The notes: generated from the letters alone by a model not told the origin. A stretch of 35,853 nucleotides of DNA from an uncultured Planctomycetaceae bacterium (GCA_964464525.1 CAYXGR010000003.1:1-35853), one strand, 5' to 3'; numbered from the stretch's first letter, positions 6,204 to 15,940 are shown. A program made the numbers and translations.

Positions 6204-9068
6204 TTATGATGGGCGCGAGTCTGACGGGGGTGGCTCAGAGTCGTCGTCCAGATCGAAATCTTCGTCGATTCTGAAATCATCGCCATCAAGATCGACGAGG
6301 TCATCATCCAGATCAACGGGATCACTCATGGATGTTTCGACGTCGGGAGGGGTGAGATCTTCGGGGGTGGCTACATCGAAACCGCCGGCAGGATGAGGTT
6401 CTCCGGAATCCGTCATAGGCTGGGTTGTGTCCGCCTGTGGCTTGTCAGCAGCAGGGGTCGTGTCGGTCCAGGACTGATCGGCATCCGTGCGCGGTTCACT
6501 CCTGTCCGCGAGAAGGTCGTCTGGGTCCTGGGGCGATTCGTTCGGGGGAGGATAGGGGAATGATCCCTCTTCGCTAGCGGGATCGGCCACTTCCTGGTCG
6601 ACGCGGTCACTCAAATCGTGGTCCTCGATGATATTCAAGTCCTCCAGATCATCGAGATCAGGTAACTCCGCGACTGGATCCTCCCTGGCGTCTTCCTCCC
6701 AATTGATCGGCGCGGGGGCTTCGGCGAATGGCTCTGTATCCATCGCTTCGGTCGCCGCCCCACCGCCACCCCGACGTTCGGTATCGTCGGGAGATCCGGG
6801 TTCGGCTGTCAAAGTCGCCGCGCTCAGCGTGGATGCTTCCAGGCGTGTCGCAGCGGTTTCGTCTGATCCTTCGTCCGGTTCGTTGTATTCGTAGAACTCG
6901 CGGTAGGCCTTCCGGAAATAGCCGCCCGCACGGGACTGGACCTGATTGAGGACCGCCCCAAAGACGCGCGCGCTGATCGCCTGGAGGTTGGCCTGTGTTC
7001 TTTGTAGGGCACCACGGGAGGTGCGACGGTATTCACAAACAAGGAGGCAGCCGTCCACAGCCCCGGCGAGGACCATGGCATCACTGACCAGCAGGACCGG
7101 TGGGCCGTCAAAGAGTACCTGGTCGTAGTGGGCACGGGCGTCGACCACGACATCACGAAGGTAGCTGCTGCCCAGGAGTTCAGCCGGATTGGGGGGGACG
7201 GGGCCGGCACTGAGGACATCAAGCCCGGGGACAGCGGTTTGGGTCACGTAGTCGGCCAGGTTCCCCTGACCGATGAGGATGTTGCTCAGACCTTCGGGCC
7301 TCATGTTGGGGAAGATCTTGGGGAGGCAGGCCCGCCGAAAATTGGCATCCACGAGCAGGACGCGTCGGCCGCTGAGGGCGACGGATATCGCCAGGTTGGT
7401 GGCAATGGTTGTCTTGCCGTTTCCGCCGCTGGGGCTGGTAATGAGGATCACGCCCTGCTGTTCGGCGGGGGCGCTGAAGAACAGGTTGGCGCGAAGCGTG
7501 CGGAATGCCTCGGCGACGATGGAGTGAGGGGCGTCCAGGCTCGCGGTTTCGACACGCTCGATCTCTACCTCGTCGTCGTCTGTGGTGGGGATGGTTCCCA
7601 GGACAGGGAGGTGAGCGCGGATGACGTCGCGCGAGGTTCGCACGGACTGGTCGGTCAATTCGAGGAGGAAGGCCAAACCCACACTGGCCAAAAGGCCCAA
7701 CAGGACGCCGGCGGGGATCCAGATGGTCAACTGCGGGCTGCTGATTCGCTCGGGCACGAGCGCCTTCGTCGACACGCCGATCTGAACCGTCTGCTCCTGT
7801 CGAAGAATGATTACGAGCTGGTCGCGTGTTTCCGATAGTTTTTCAACTTGCAATTGGAGGATGTCGATTTCCTCCTCCATCGAAGTATATTCGGCTCGCT
7901 TGTTCTCCAAGTCGCGTTGCTCAGCCTTGGCCAGATTCACTTTTTCAAGAAGGAGCACGACCTGCTCGTTTCCCTCCATAACGTTCCGCTCGGCCTGCTG
8001 GATCATCTGATTCTGGAAGCTGAGGGTCTTGACTGCCCTTTCTTCGCTGGCGCGGGCCTCGGCGGCATCGCGTTCTATCCGAGCGTTTCGGACGATCTGA
8101 TGCTTTTCACCATAACTCTGCCTGTATCGTTCGTAATTCTGCTCGGCGATCATGAGGGCCTGATCGAGTTGATAGATCAAGGGATCTTTCGCCAGAATTT
8201 CCTGAAGATCGGCGGTAATGGGAAGTTCCCCGGCACTGAAGGTCTTGATGGATTCCCATTGCGATTTGTAGCCTTGTACTTCGAGCTCGAGTTCAACCAG
8301 ATTGGTGGTGAGATCCTGTGTTCGCTGGGCGGCCGTTTGGACACTAAAATCGGAATAATCCCGCGTCTGGCGAAACGTGTCGATCGCCTCTTTTTTCGCC
8401 GACAGTAATTTTCTCGTGCGGATGAGTTCTTCGTCTAATTGATCTTTGGATTCACTGATCGATCGTTCCTGGTGGCCCTCGATGAGCTTCAGGTATTCCT
8501 GGACGACGGTATTGACGATAAGGGCCACTTCCTTGGGAACGCGCCAGCCGGCAGTTATGCGAATAAAATTGGTGTCCCGAATGGGGGAAACACCAAGAAT
8601 GTCGGTCAGTTGGTCCTCAATTTTTTCGCCGCGGGCCTTGGCGTCTTCCTGTGCCTCCACAAACCACTCTGTTCGCCTGAGGTCCGGATCCTTCAATGCG
8701 TTGGCAAGCACGGTCTCGCTTCGGGCAAGGAGGGCCTGGGTTTGAAGCTCGCGTTCGATAAGTTGTTCCTGGATCAACTCGGTCTGGAGAGGATTGGTCA
8801 CATCCTTGGGCCGAACGGAATCGACACGCACGAGTGATTCGGCCCGATAGACCGGATAGTACACGCGCATAAAGAAGGTGAAACCGACGCCGAGACCACT
8901 GAGGATGATCCAGATGACAAGGATGAGAACAAGGCGTTGTCGAAGGATGCGTACGACATCGCCACCGCTCAGGGCAATGCCCGAATCCGGCGGGGGACCG
9001 GGGCGCCGGGCCTGGTCAGGGGCGATGGGTCCGCCCGTTGCCGGCGTTGCCGCTGTCAGCGATGTCAT
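6204..9068 (-). CDS. polysaccharide co-polymerase / tyrosine autokinase (Wzc/GumC/EpsG-like BY-kinase) with a long acidic C-terminal extension
   Basis: The N-terminal TM segment is followed by a Wzz-like coiled-coil periplasmic region and a second TM. Kinase motifs are Walker A ITSPSGGNGKTT, A' VLLVDANFRR and B VLFDGPP, with the Tyr cluster YFRKAYREFYEY. About 225 D/E/P/T-rich residues follow. The ATG at 9068 has GAGGA upstream. Confidence 0.9.
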   Translation of the reverse strand: MTSLTAATPATGGPIAPDQARRPGPPPDSGIALSGGDVVRILRQRLVLILVIWIILSGLGVGFTFFMRVYYPVYRAESLVRVDSVRPKDVTNPLQTELIQEQLIERELQTQALLARSETVLANALKDPDLRRTEWFVEAQEDAKARGEKIEDQLTDILGVSPIRDTNFIRITAGWRVPKEVALIVNTVVQEYLKLIEGHQERSISESKDQLDEELIRTRKLLSAKKEAIDTFRQTRDYSDFSVQTAAQRTQDLTTNLVELELEVQGYKSQWESIKTFSAGELPITADLQEILAKDPLIYQLDQALMIAEQNYERYRQSYGEKHQIVRNARIERDAAEARASEERAVKTLSFQNQMIQQAERNVMEGNEQVVLLLEKVNLAKAEQRDLENKRAEYTSMEEEIDILQLQVEKLSETRDQLVIILRQEQTVQIGVSTKALVPERISSPQLTIWIPAGVLLGLLASVGLAFLLELTDQSVRTSRDVIRAHLPVLGTIPTTDDDEVEIERVETASLDAPHSIVAEAFRTLRANLFFSAPAEQQGVILITSPSGGNGKTTIATNLAISVALSGRRVLLVDANFRRACLPKIFPNMRPEGLSNILIGQGNLADYVTQTAVPGLDVLSAGPVPPNPAELLGSSYLRDVVVDARAHYDQVLFDGPPVLLVSDAMVLAGAVDGCLLVCEYRRTSRGALQRTQANLQAISARVFGAVLNQVQSRAGGYFRKAYREFYEYNEPDEGSDETAATRLEASTLSAATLTAEPGSPDDTERRGGGGAATEAMDTEPFAEAPAPINWEEDAREDPVAELPDLDDLEDLNIIEDHDLSDRVDQEVADPASEEGSFPYPPPNESPQDPDDLLADRSEPRTDADQSWTDTTPAADKPQADTTQPMTDSGEPHPAGGFDVATPEDLTPPDVETSMSDPVDLDDDLVDLDGDDFRIDEDFDLDDDSEPPPSDSRPS

Positions 9069-9098
9069 CTCACGTCCTCGTCAACGACTGTTTGATCG

Positions 9099-9119
9099 GC
9101 GCAGCAAACTGCGCGTCTT
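9099..9119. promoter_or_regulatory. palindrome GCGCAG-CAAA-CTGCGC plus GTCTT, 30 nt upstream of the Wzc start (copy 1 of 2)
   Basis: GCGCAG(9099-9104)/CTGCGC(9109-9114). The 12-mer ACTGCGCGTCTT at 9108-9119 recurs at 9326-9337. Confidence 0.5.
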
Positions 9120-9230
9120 CTTTTTCATCTCCCTGCCTGAATCTGCCGGCCTATCGAATGGACCGTTCTCGTCAGAACAAGCACCTGGTACTCAGGAGCG
9201 GAGAATGGATTCTCGGCCCCACACGGTTCG

Positions 9231-9258
9231 CATGCCCGCGCCTTGAGGCTTGGGCATG
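9231..9258. repeat. hairpin CATGCCC-N14-GGGCATG related (inverted) to the 21-bp tandem repeat at 118-148
   Basis: CATGCCC(9231-9237)/GGGCATG(9252-9258). GCTTGGGCATGGCACC (9248-9263) is the reverse complement of GGTGCCATGCCCAAGC. Compare GGGTGCCATACCCAAG (75-89) and GGTGGCATGCCCAAGC (118-132). Confidence 0.6.
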
Positions 9259-9317
9259 GCACCTGGCTGTCATGGGCGATGTCATCCCGACGCCCCTTCC
9301 TGTCCACTATCTAGGCA

Positions 9318-9337
9318 GCGCAAATACTGCGCGTCTT
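9318..9337. promoter_or_regulatory. palindrome GCGCA-AATAC-TGCGC plus GTCTT, just downstream of the TPR-gene stop (copy 2 of 2)
   Basis: GCGCA(9318-9322)/TGCGC(9328-9332). ACTGCGCGTCTT at 9326-9337 is identical to 9108-9119. Confidence 0.5.
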
Positions 9338-9344
9338 ACTGTGA

Positions 9345-12300
9345 TTAGTGGCTAGACTCCAATTCCTTGAGTGCCTCCGATATCTTCGGCAGAAAATCGG
9401 TCCGGCCTTGGGCTTCGGCAACTTTGTTGGCCTCGTCGAGCCGACTTTTTGCCTCCTCCTTGTTGCCCTGGATCAGATACAGGCGGCCGAGGTGATATAA
9501 GACATCCAAGCTGCGTTTCTCCGGGTTCAATGAGTTGTTCCGGTCGAGTTCCAAGGCGCGCAGGAGGGTGCCCGCGGCCTCTCCGTATCGTTTATTCAGG
9601 ACCAGAATCCACCCGTAGGTGTCCAGGACATCGACATCATTCGCCTGGAGGCGGCTGGCGTGCTCGGCATAGGGCAAGGCCTCGGCGGGATTTTTCAAGT
9701 CTTCACCGAGGAGGTATGCGAGATTGTTGAGAGTCATCGCCTGGTCAGGATTCAGCGTGAGGACGGCCTCATATTCGAGTTTGGATTCGTCGAGCCGGTT
9801 AACCGCCTTAAGGAGCATCCCCTTCGCGAGACGGGCGAAGATCTGATCTTCGCTTTGCACGCCCATGGCAATGATCCGATCACATCCCTCGATCGCCTGC
9901 TCGAATTTCCCCTTCCTCTGGGACAAGAAGACGCTGGCCATATGCATGTCGATATTCGTCGGGTCATTCTCACTGCGCTGGTTGACATTTCGGAGAGATT
10001 CATCCTTTCCCAAGGTTTGTACCATCTCGTTCATAACTCGGGTGAAGGGTTCAAATTTTCGATTGGAGGCGGCTAGCGCGCGTACGAATACCGGGAACGC
10101 CTTGTCCCTTTGATCGGTCTGCGCATAGGCCCATCCGACAAGAGAGAGGGCGCCGGGCATGTTGTCCAGCAATTTTTCGGAGAACTTCTTCGATGCATAT
10201 TCGACGATATCGCCGGGGCGATTCGCGTGGCGATAGGCGTTGAACAGCGCCTCAACAGTTTTTGCTTCAAAGTGTCCGAGTTCCGCGGCCTTTTCGTATC
10301 CATGGATCGCCTTATTCCAATCCAGAACGCGTTCGGATAATTTACCAAGGAACGTGGGCCACTTTTCGTTGTATGGATACAGACGCATATATTTGTATGC
10401 AAGGGTTTCTCCCTCCTTGAACCGGGCCTGGCCGAGTCGGATGTAGGCATCAAGCAGGCTTTCGACGGCTACCTCGTGATCGGGATCGTCTTCGATGATC
10501 TGTTGGAGTTCACTGATGCCCGCGTCGACGCGCCCTGATTCAATCAGTGAGTTGGCCAGGGCGATACGATGCTGGTATCCGAATCCGGTTGGGCTAAATG
10601 CCTTGGCCTTTCGGAGATCCTCGATAGCGGATTCCCATCGGCCTCGGAGCCGTGAGAGCATGCCCCGCTGCCATAGGGCGAGGGGGTTGTCCGGATTTCG
10701 ATCCAGGTGGGCGTCGAAGGCCGCCTTGGCTTTTTCGATGTCGCCGCCGAGGCGGTGATAGGCGCCCTCGTAGATCATGCCATCTTCGTCGTCCGGGTAG
10801 CGGGCGACAAAGGCATCAATCAGGGCCTTGGCTCCCTCCAAATCACGAATCGAAAGCATGATGGCGATCATTCGAGATTGTGTTTCACGAGTCAGCTCCG
10901 GATCATCCTTGGCGAGTTCGAGTATTTTTTCGTGGTGTTCGAGGGAAAGTTTGTAGCGACCGGTTCGCGAAAAGAACTGGGCCGCCAGGGCAAGCGTTTT
11001 GACCGAGGGATCGAGGAAGACCGCCTGCCGGTAGTGGCGATCTGCCGTCTGGAGTTCGTCCAATGACTCAAAATACTGGCCAATGGAGCAGGAGATGAGT
11101 GCCTTTTTGGCGACATCCTCCTCTTTTCGGAGCATGTCCATGAGTAGTTTTTCGCCCTCCAACGGCCGGCCTACTTCCTTGGAGCCATAGAAGGAGGCTA
11201 CCTCGCGCGCGATTGCCAGATCGTCTTCCGAAAGTTTAATGGCCTCCAGGTAGGCCTGCTCGGCTTTATCGTATTCTCCGACGCGTTCATCCGCGTAGAG
11301 GCGGGCGAGTAACACGATATTTTTCAAGTTATTCGGGTCGGAGGCTCGGTTTTTTTCGCGTTGCTCGATTCCCTTGAGCGGATTTTCCTTTTCTTGATAG
11401 TACTGGATACGATCCTTGATGAGTGGATCATTTCCCAGTGATCGCGCCGCCCGCACAAGGTGTCTTCGCTCGGCGTTTTCGTCGCCTTCCATCATGGCGA
11501 TTCGGGCGAGGAACTTGCTCGCATGGGCATTGGTGGGATCAACCTCGAGGGCACGTTCCAATTCGCGCTTGGCCTCGGCCTTTCGACCAGCCTCCATGCA
11601 GGCTCCGGCCAGATAGGTCCAACCGAGGGAGTAGTTTCGGTATCGCTGAAGGCCGAGCCGCATGAGATCGATGGCTTGATTGAAGAGCGCGCCGGCCTCA
11701 TCTTTGTGATCGGCTGCCTTTTGTTGGAGTCCTTTCGCGAGGGCCAGTCGGCCTTCAGCCATCTTACCCTCGGTGCCGTCGACATTGAGTTCGGCGTGAC
11801 GCTGGGCATACCGTTCGGCGGTCTCCCAGTCCTCGGCTACCAGGGCCAGACGAAACTGCTGTTCGACGATATTGGGATTATCTGGTCGAATGATCGCAGC
11901 CTGTTCGAGATATTCCCGTGCCTTCCCAATTTTGTCACGGGATTCATAAAACCCGACAAGGGAAGCGTATCGGGTAAACGGATCTTCTTCGCTCTCGATG
12001 AACTTGAGTATTCGCTCATCTCGGGCCTCTCCCTGCTCGTCCGTCGCGAGGAGCAACTCGTATTGTTTCAATTCGCGGTTGTCAGGATCGGCCTCCAAGC
12101 GTTGAGTGACGAAGGCTCGGGCTTCGTCGAGCCGATTGGTCTTCTGGAGTAATTGGAGGAGTGCCCGGACGACGCGGATATTGTCTGGCTCGTTGGTCAG
12201 GGCAGCGCGAATTTTCGCCTCCGCCTCGTCGTAGCGCTCTTGCCACATGAGGGCGATGCCCAAATATAAATCGCCGGTGGGGGTTCCCTCTCCCAGGCGT

Positions 12301-14009
12301 CGAATCTCTGCCTCGGCCAATTCGAACTGGCTGAGTTGACGATAGGCTTCAATTCTAAGACGGATAGCTGTTTCATCCGACTCCAGGGCCTTCTGGAGGG
12401 ATGGGGGTTGGGTCGGTTTGAGATGAGCCAGGGCTTCTGTGGCACGGTTGAGCTTCAACAGAACGCGACCCATTTCCATGTGCAAGAGGGGATCGAATCT
12501 CTGGGAGGGAAGATTGAGGGCCTCCGACAGAGTTTCCCGGGCAGCGCCCCACTGCCCTTGTCGAATGTATAAATCCGTGAGGAGTCGCATCAGATCGCTG
12601 TTGACCCCGGTAGCGGTACTGCGTTTGGCCGCCTCAGCCTCGCGCGTGGCGGATTTGAGATCGCCCTTGGCATTCAACAGGTGCGCTGTCAGAAACTTGA
12701 CCTGGAATGATCCTGAACTGAGTTCTTCCTTCATGCGCTCCAGCCATGACTCCGCAGTGACGAGACCGGCCTCCTTGTCGGAATCAGCCTTGGCCGATCG
12801 GGCACGATTGAGTCCCTGGAGAAAGAGTTCACGAATGAATGCAAGTCGAGCTCGTCGGTTGCGAAACTTTTTGTAATGTTCGGTTCGGGTGATTTTCTCG
12901 AGACCGCCCTCGTAGAGGGCCTGTTCTTCCTTGAGTTTGGCCTGCTCGGCGTCGGAGCCTTTCGCCATATCGGCTCGCTGCAGGTCAAGGACGCGACCCA
13001 GGGAGAGATAGATGTCGCCGTCCTTGGGATCGATCTCGAGGGCTTTCTTAAGATATTGCTCGGCCTTGTTCAGATCTGGTTTCACGCCGGTTCCGGGGGT
13101 TCCGGTGTATAGATTTCCAAGCATCAAATGACAGATGGCACGTGTTGTTTCCTTTTCCGCCAGGGCCCGCAATTCGGCGATTCCCTTGTTTCTCAGTGTT
13201 TCGGCTCGGTCGGTCCAGCCGCGCGCCTTTTCAAAATAGGCAGCGTCGCGAATCATCTGATTGGCTTTGAGACGCTGGAAATCTTCGACTGCTTTCTCAT
13301 CTCCGGAGACTTTGCTTTTTTCGAGGGCCGAGGTGATAAGCGCGCTGCGTTCCTTTTGAATGGCGTCGGCCTCTTCGATTTCACCGCTGAGATCCTTTTC
13401 GCTCGCCCTTCGCCACATCAATTCGCTCAATGAGCGAACGATATCCACGTCGATGGGATCCAGTTCATGGGCCCGTCGGAGGTATTGTTCACCCTTGGCC
13501 TCGAAAGACGAATCCGATTCTCGAAGGGCCAGATAGGCCGCGCCCAACGCATGGTGCGCGATGGCTGACTCCCGGTTTTCTTCGGTGGAAAGCATGTCTT
13601 CTGCGAGCTTGCGAACGCGGTTCCACTGGGAGGTGCTCGAGTTGAGTTCGGTGACATCGAATTCTATTTCCAGACCCATGCGCAAGGCCGACTGTAGGCT
13701 GGGGTTTCGAATCTTGGCCTGTTCGAGCAATGAGCGGACTTTTAAAATGTCTCCCGTTTCCATGGCGCACTCGGCGGCCTTGACAAGGTATTCGGGATCC
13801 TGGGCGGGATCCTTCGAGAACGCACGCATGTAGGTTCGCATGGCGTTTTCGGGCTCACCTTTGTCCATCAGTTCCCGGGCTTCGGCGGCATATTTTTCGG
13901 GATCCTGCCTGGGTATGCTCTGGAGGAGAACAATACCAGTCACTGTCATAAGGGCCATGCCGACCAGAACCAGAAGCCCCACTACATTCTTATTGAGTTT
14001 GCGTGCCAT
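9345..14009 (-). CDS. giant membrane-anchored TPR-repeat protein (PrsT-like, exosortase-locus associated)
   Basis: 1554-aa ORF with an N-terminal TM (VVGLLVLVGMALMTVTGIVLL), then TPR-like 34-aa helical repeats along essentially the whole length. It starts 23 nt after the EpsI stop in the same operon. Confidence 0.85.
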   Translation of the reverse strand: MARKLNKNVVGLLVLVGMALMTVTGIVLLQSIPRQDPEKYAAEARELMDKGEPENAMRTYMRAFSKDPAQDPEYLVKAAECAMETGDILKVRSLLEQAKIRNPSLQSALRMGLEIEFDVTELNSSTSQWNRVRKLAEDMLSTEENRESAIAHHALGAAYLALRESDSSFEAKGEQYLRRAHELDPIDVDIVRSLSELMWRRASEKDLSGEIEEADAIQKERSALITSALEKSKVSGDEKAVEDFQRLKANQMIRDAAYFEKARGWTDRAETLRNKGIAELRALAEKETTRAICHLMLGNLYTGTPGTGVKPDLNKAEQYLKKALEIDPKDGDIYLSLGRVLDLQRADMAKGSDAEQAKLKEEQALYEGGLEKITRTEHYKKFRNRRARLAFIRELFLQGLNRARSAKADSDKEAGLVTAESWLERMKEELSSGSFQVKFLTAHLLNAKGDLKSATREAEAAKRSTATGVNSDLMRLLTDLYIRQGQWGAARETLSEALNLPSQRFDPLLHMEMGRVLLKLNRATEALAHLKPTQPPSLQKALESDETAIRLRIEAYRQLSQFELAEAEIRRLGEGTPTGDLYLGIALMWQERYDEAEAKIRAALTNEPDNIRVVRALLQLLQKTNRLDEARAFVTQRLEADPDNRELKQYELLLATDEQGEARDERILKFIESEEDPFTRYASLVGFYESRDKIGKAREYLEQAAIIRPDNPNIVEQQFRLALVAEDWETAERYAQRHAELNVDGTEGKMAEGRLALAKGLQQKAADHKDEAGALFNQAIDLMRLGLQRYRNYSLGWTYLAGACMEAGRKAEAKRELERALEVDPTNAHASKFLARIAMMEGDENAERRHLVRAARSLGNDPLIKDRIQYYQEKENPLKGIEQREKNRASDPNNLKNIVLLARLYADERVGEYDKAEQAYLEAIKLSEDDLAIAREVASFYGSKEVGRPLEGEKLLMDMLRKEEDVAKKALISCSIGQYFESLDELQTADRHYRQAVFLDPSVKTLALAAQFFSRTGRYKLSLEHHEKILELAKDDPELTRETQSRMIAIMLSIRDLEGAKALIDAFVARYPDDEDGMIYEGAYHRLGGDIEKAKAAFDAHLDRNPDNPLALWQRGMLSRLRGRWESAIEDLRKAKAFSPTGFGYQHRIALANSLIESGRVDAGISELQQIIEDDPDHEVAVESLLDAYIRLGQARFKEGETLAYKYMRLYPYNEKWPTFLGKLSERVLDWNKAIHGYEKAAELGHFEAKTVEALFNAYRHANRPGDIVEYASKKFSEKLLDNMPGALSLVGWAYAQTDQRDKAFPVFVRALAASNRKFEPFTRVMNEMVQTLGKDESLRNVNQRSENDPTNIDMHMASVFLSQRKGKFEQAIEGCDRIIAMGVQSEDQIFARLAKGMLLKAVNRLDESKLEYEAVLTLNPDQAMTLNNLAYLLGEDLKNPAEALPYAEHASRLQANDVDVLDTYGWILVLNKRYGEAAGTLLRALELDRNNSLNPEKRSLDVLYHLGRLYLIQGNKEEAKSRLDEANKVAEAQGRTDFLPKISEALKELESSH

Positions 14010-14032
14010 GATTGAACCTTTGTTGGTGTTGC

Positions 14033-14788
14033 CTATTCCCGCTCAGGGGCTGTGTGATTGCCGCCCAGTTCCGATCCCTTCAGGGGCCAGTGTGTATTGA
14101 CCAGCTCGGCGATGACTCTGTCCATAACCAATCGGGCGCGTTCGTCCAGATTGGCGACATCCTGATTTCTCTTTCCCTGAAAACAGATTTCGATTTTTGA
14201 ATAATATAAGTGCGTTTCCTTCCGGTCGCCCATCCGAAACCGGACCGGAGTTCGGCTGGCATAGAAGTCGCCGTTGACGCATATCGTGTAATACACGACG
14301 CTCTGTTTGGACGTCTGTTTCGGTGCGTAGAAGGACAATCTTCTGATTTGAATCTCTCGTTCCAGTTTATCCAGTCTCATTGTGAGAGTATCATTGTCGC
14401 CTGGCGTGAAGGCGCCTTGAAAGTAGCACTCCTCGGGGACATGGGGAACCTGATCCTGGATGTCGGTGTAATACGTTACAAAGACCGATACTCGGCCGTC
14501 TTTTCCACGCCGTGCCTCAGGATCCGACAAGATCCAGTAGATGTATTGATCCGTGCCCAGTTCCTGAACGATATCGTGAGACATTGAACGGGACGCCTCG
14601 AACCGGAAGGGAGCCAGGGCGGCTCTGTCTAGATCATTGAGGGGCACACGCAGGGGCAGTGGTTTTTTGATCACCGTCAGGATCTTGTAGTCCTTCGCAA
14701 CCTGCATGGCGGCCGCGGCGGCGGTCAGGAGAATGACTGCCAGCCAATAATGGAAGGGACCACGAGAGATAGGCGACACGTCAGACAC
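14033..14788 (-). CDS. epsI: EpsI-family exosortase-associated protein
   Basis: It has a single N-terminal TM (HYWLAVILLTAAAAAM) and an HVPEECY motif resembling the EpsI H-x-PE-x-C signature. The only start that keeps the TM is the GTG at 14788, which overlaps the exosortase stop by 8 nt (GTGTCTGA). Confidence 0.7.
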   Translation of the reverse strand: MSDVSPISRGPFHYWLAVILLTAAAAAMQVAKDYKILTVIKKPLPLRVPLNDLDRAALAPFRFEASRSMSHDIVQELGTDQYIYWILSDPEARRGKDGRVSVFVTYYTDIQDQVPHVPEECYFQGAFTPGDNDTLTMRLDKLEREIQIRRLSFYAPKQTSKQSVVYYTICVNGDFYASRTPVRFRMGDRKETHLYYSKIEICFQGKRNQDVANLDERARLVMDRVIAELVNTHWPLKGSELGGNHTAPERE

Positions 14789-15737
14789 CTCCGATAGATT
14801 TGGCTGTGATCGTGGGTGGGTCGTTCTCTTCGATAAACAGGTGATCGAGCACCCAGAGAAATGCGAGATAGATCACGAATCCCAATGCGAACATAAGGAG
14901 CCCGAGAAGGCTGTGGGGCGTCCCGGTGGCGAGATCCTTGTGGCCGTACATTTGGAGACCGCCGGTGATAATGACGCGGAGGATATTACAAAACAGGGCG
15001 ACAGGTACGACGAAGGCGGCCAAGGCCACCCGATGCCACAGGGGCCGCGGCGTGAAGTAGGCCATCGCCAGGCCTAGGGCGACAAAGGCCATGAGGGAGC
15101 GCATGCCGCTGCACGCGTTGGCTACTGTAAATGTACCATGCACTCCGTCGTTCATGTAATAGGCGAGGTTGATGCCCGCGCGCTCGACCGATTCGACGCC
15201 GGGGAAGGCATTGAGGACGTGAGCCGAGACGAAGGCAGCGGCCTGTTGCAGGGGTTGTGTGATCTCCCGATAGAGTCGAACCGGGGGGGGAATCGCAAGG
15301 ACAAGGAAGCCGATAGGGAAGATCGTCATCCAGAGGGTGCGCCAACCTCGAATCAATAATACAATCCCCGCGAGCATCACAAGGATCGTCAGCGGCTGCG
15401 GATAACCGATCTTGAGATAAATGCTATAAGTGTAGGTGGTGACGGCCAGGATTATCAGCGCCGCGCCCCACAAGGAACCGTGATGCGTGCCTGCCAACAG
15501 CTCCTTGCGGCGAGTGTGGATGAGATAAAGACAGAATGGTGGCAAAAGGAAGCCGTGTGACCAGTCGGGCTGTTGCCAATAACGAAAAAGCCGGTAGAGA
15601 TGGTCTCCGTAGAACCAACTGAGGAGGGATACAACCAGGAGTACCTTGGCGACGCCGATGGGGCCGAGGGATTCCCACCAACCGGGCACGCGCTGTTCGT
15701 CGGCCGCGTTCATCACCCCTGTCTGTACCGTGGTCAT
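14781..15737 (-). CDS. exosortase (EpsH/Xrt family transpeptidase)
   Basis: This polytopic membrane protein carries the family signatures QQPDWSHGFLLPP, the catalytic Cys block VANACSGMRSL, NILRV and TPHSLLG. Confidence 0.85.
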   Translation of the reverse strand: MTTVQTGVMNAADEQRVPGWWESLGPIGVAKVLLVVSLLSWFYGDHLYRLFRYWQQPDWSHGFLLPPFCLYLIHTRRKELLAGTHHGSLWGAALIILAVTTYTYSIYLKIGYPQPLTILVMLAGIVLLIRGWRTLWMTIFPIGFLVLAIPPPVRLYREITQPLQQAAAFVSAHVLNAFPGVESVERAGINLAYYMNDGVHGTFTVANACSGMRSLMAFVALGLAMAYFTPRPLWHRVALAAFVVPVALFCNILRVIITGGLQMYGHKDLATGTPHSLLGLLMFALGFVIYLAFLWVLDHLFIEENDPPTITAKSIGGV

Positions 15738-15748
15738 CTTGGTCGTGC

Positions 15749-15825
15749 CTTCAAAACGTCAACAGTCGAATCATGGAATGATATACAGTCTAACACCGGC
15801 AAGTAGAGCCTGCCGGTGGCACCCC
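15749..15825 (-). repeat. composite intergenic repeat, copy D (degenerate units plus hairpin)
   Basis: TCAAAACGTCAACAGTCGAATC spans 15751-15772. The hairpin is CACCGGCA(15794-15801)/TGCCGGTG(15811-15818) with a 9-nt loop. TGCCGGTGGCACCCC at 15811-15825 is shared with copy C. It lies between the Wza-like stop (15941) and the exosortase start (15737). Confidence 0.7.
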
Positions 15826-15940
15826 AATTCTATTTATTGAGGCTGTGATACACAAAGCCTAATGCACTGCTTGAAGCAGAGGCACACGTGCACTGGCCCA
15901 AAGCTGATAGTGGCCCATGTGTCCCCCCCCAGGCATAGTG

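Noticed and set aside
7128-7838. 236-aa plus-strand ORF antisense to the BY-kinase gene
   Set aside because: This is a typical shadow ORF in GC-rich DNA. It is Gly/Asp/Ala-rich with no motifs, while the opposite strand encodes clear Walker motifs.
11460-12152. 230-aa plus-strand ORF antisense to the giant TPR gene
   Set aside because: This is a shadow ORF. The minus strand carries a continuous 1554-aa repeat protein.
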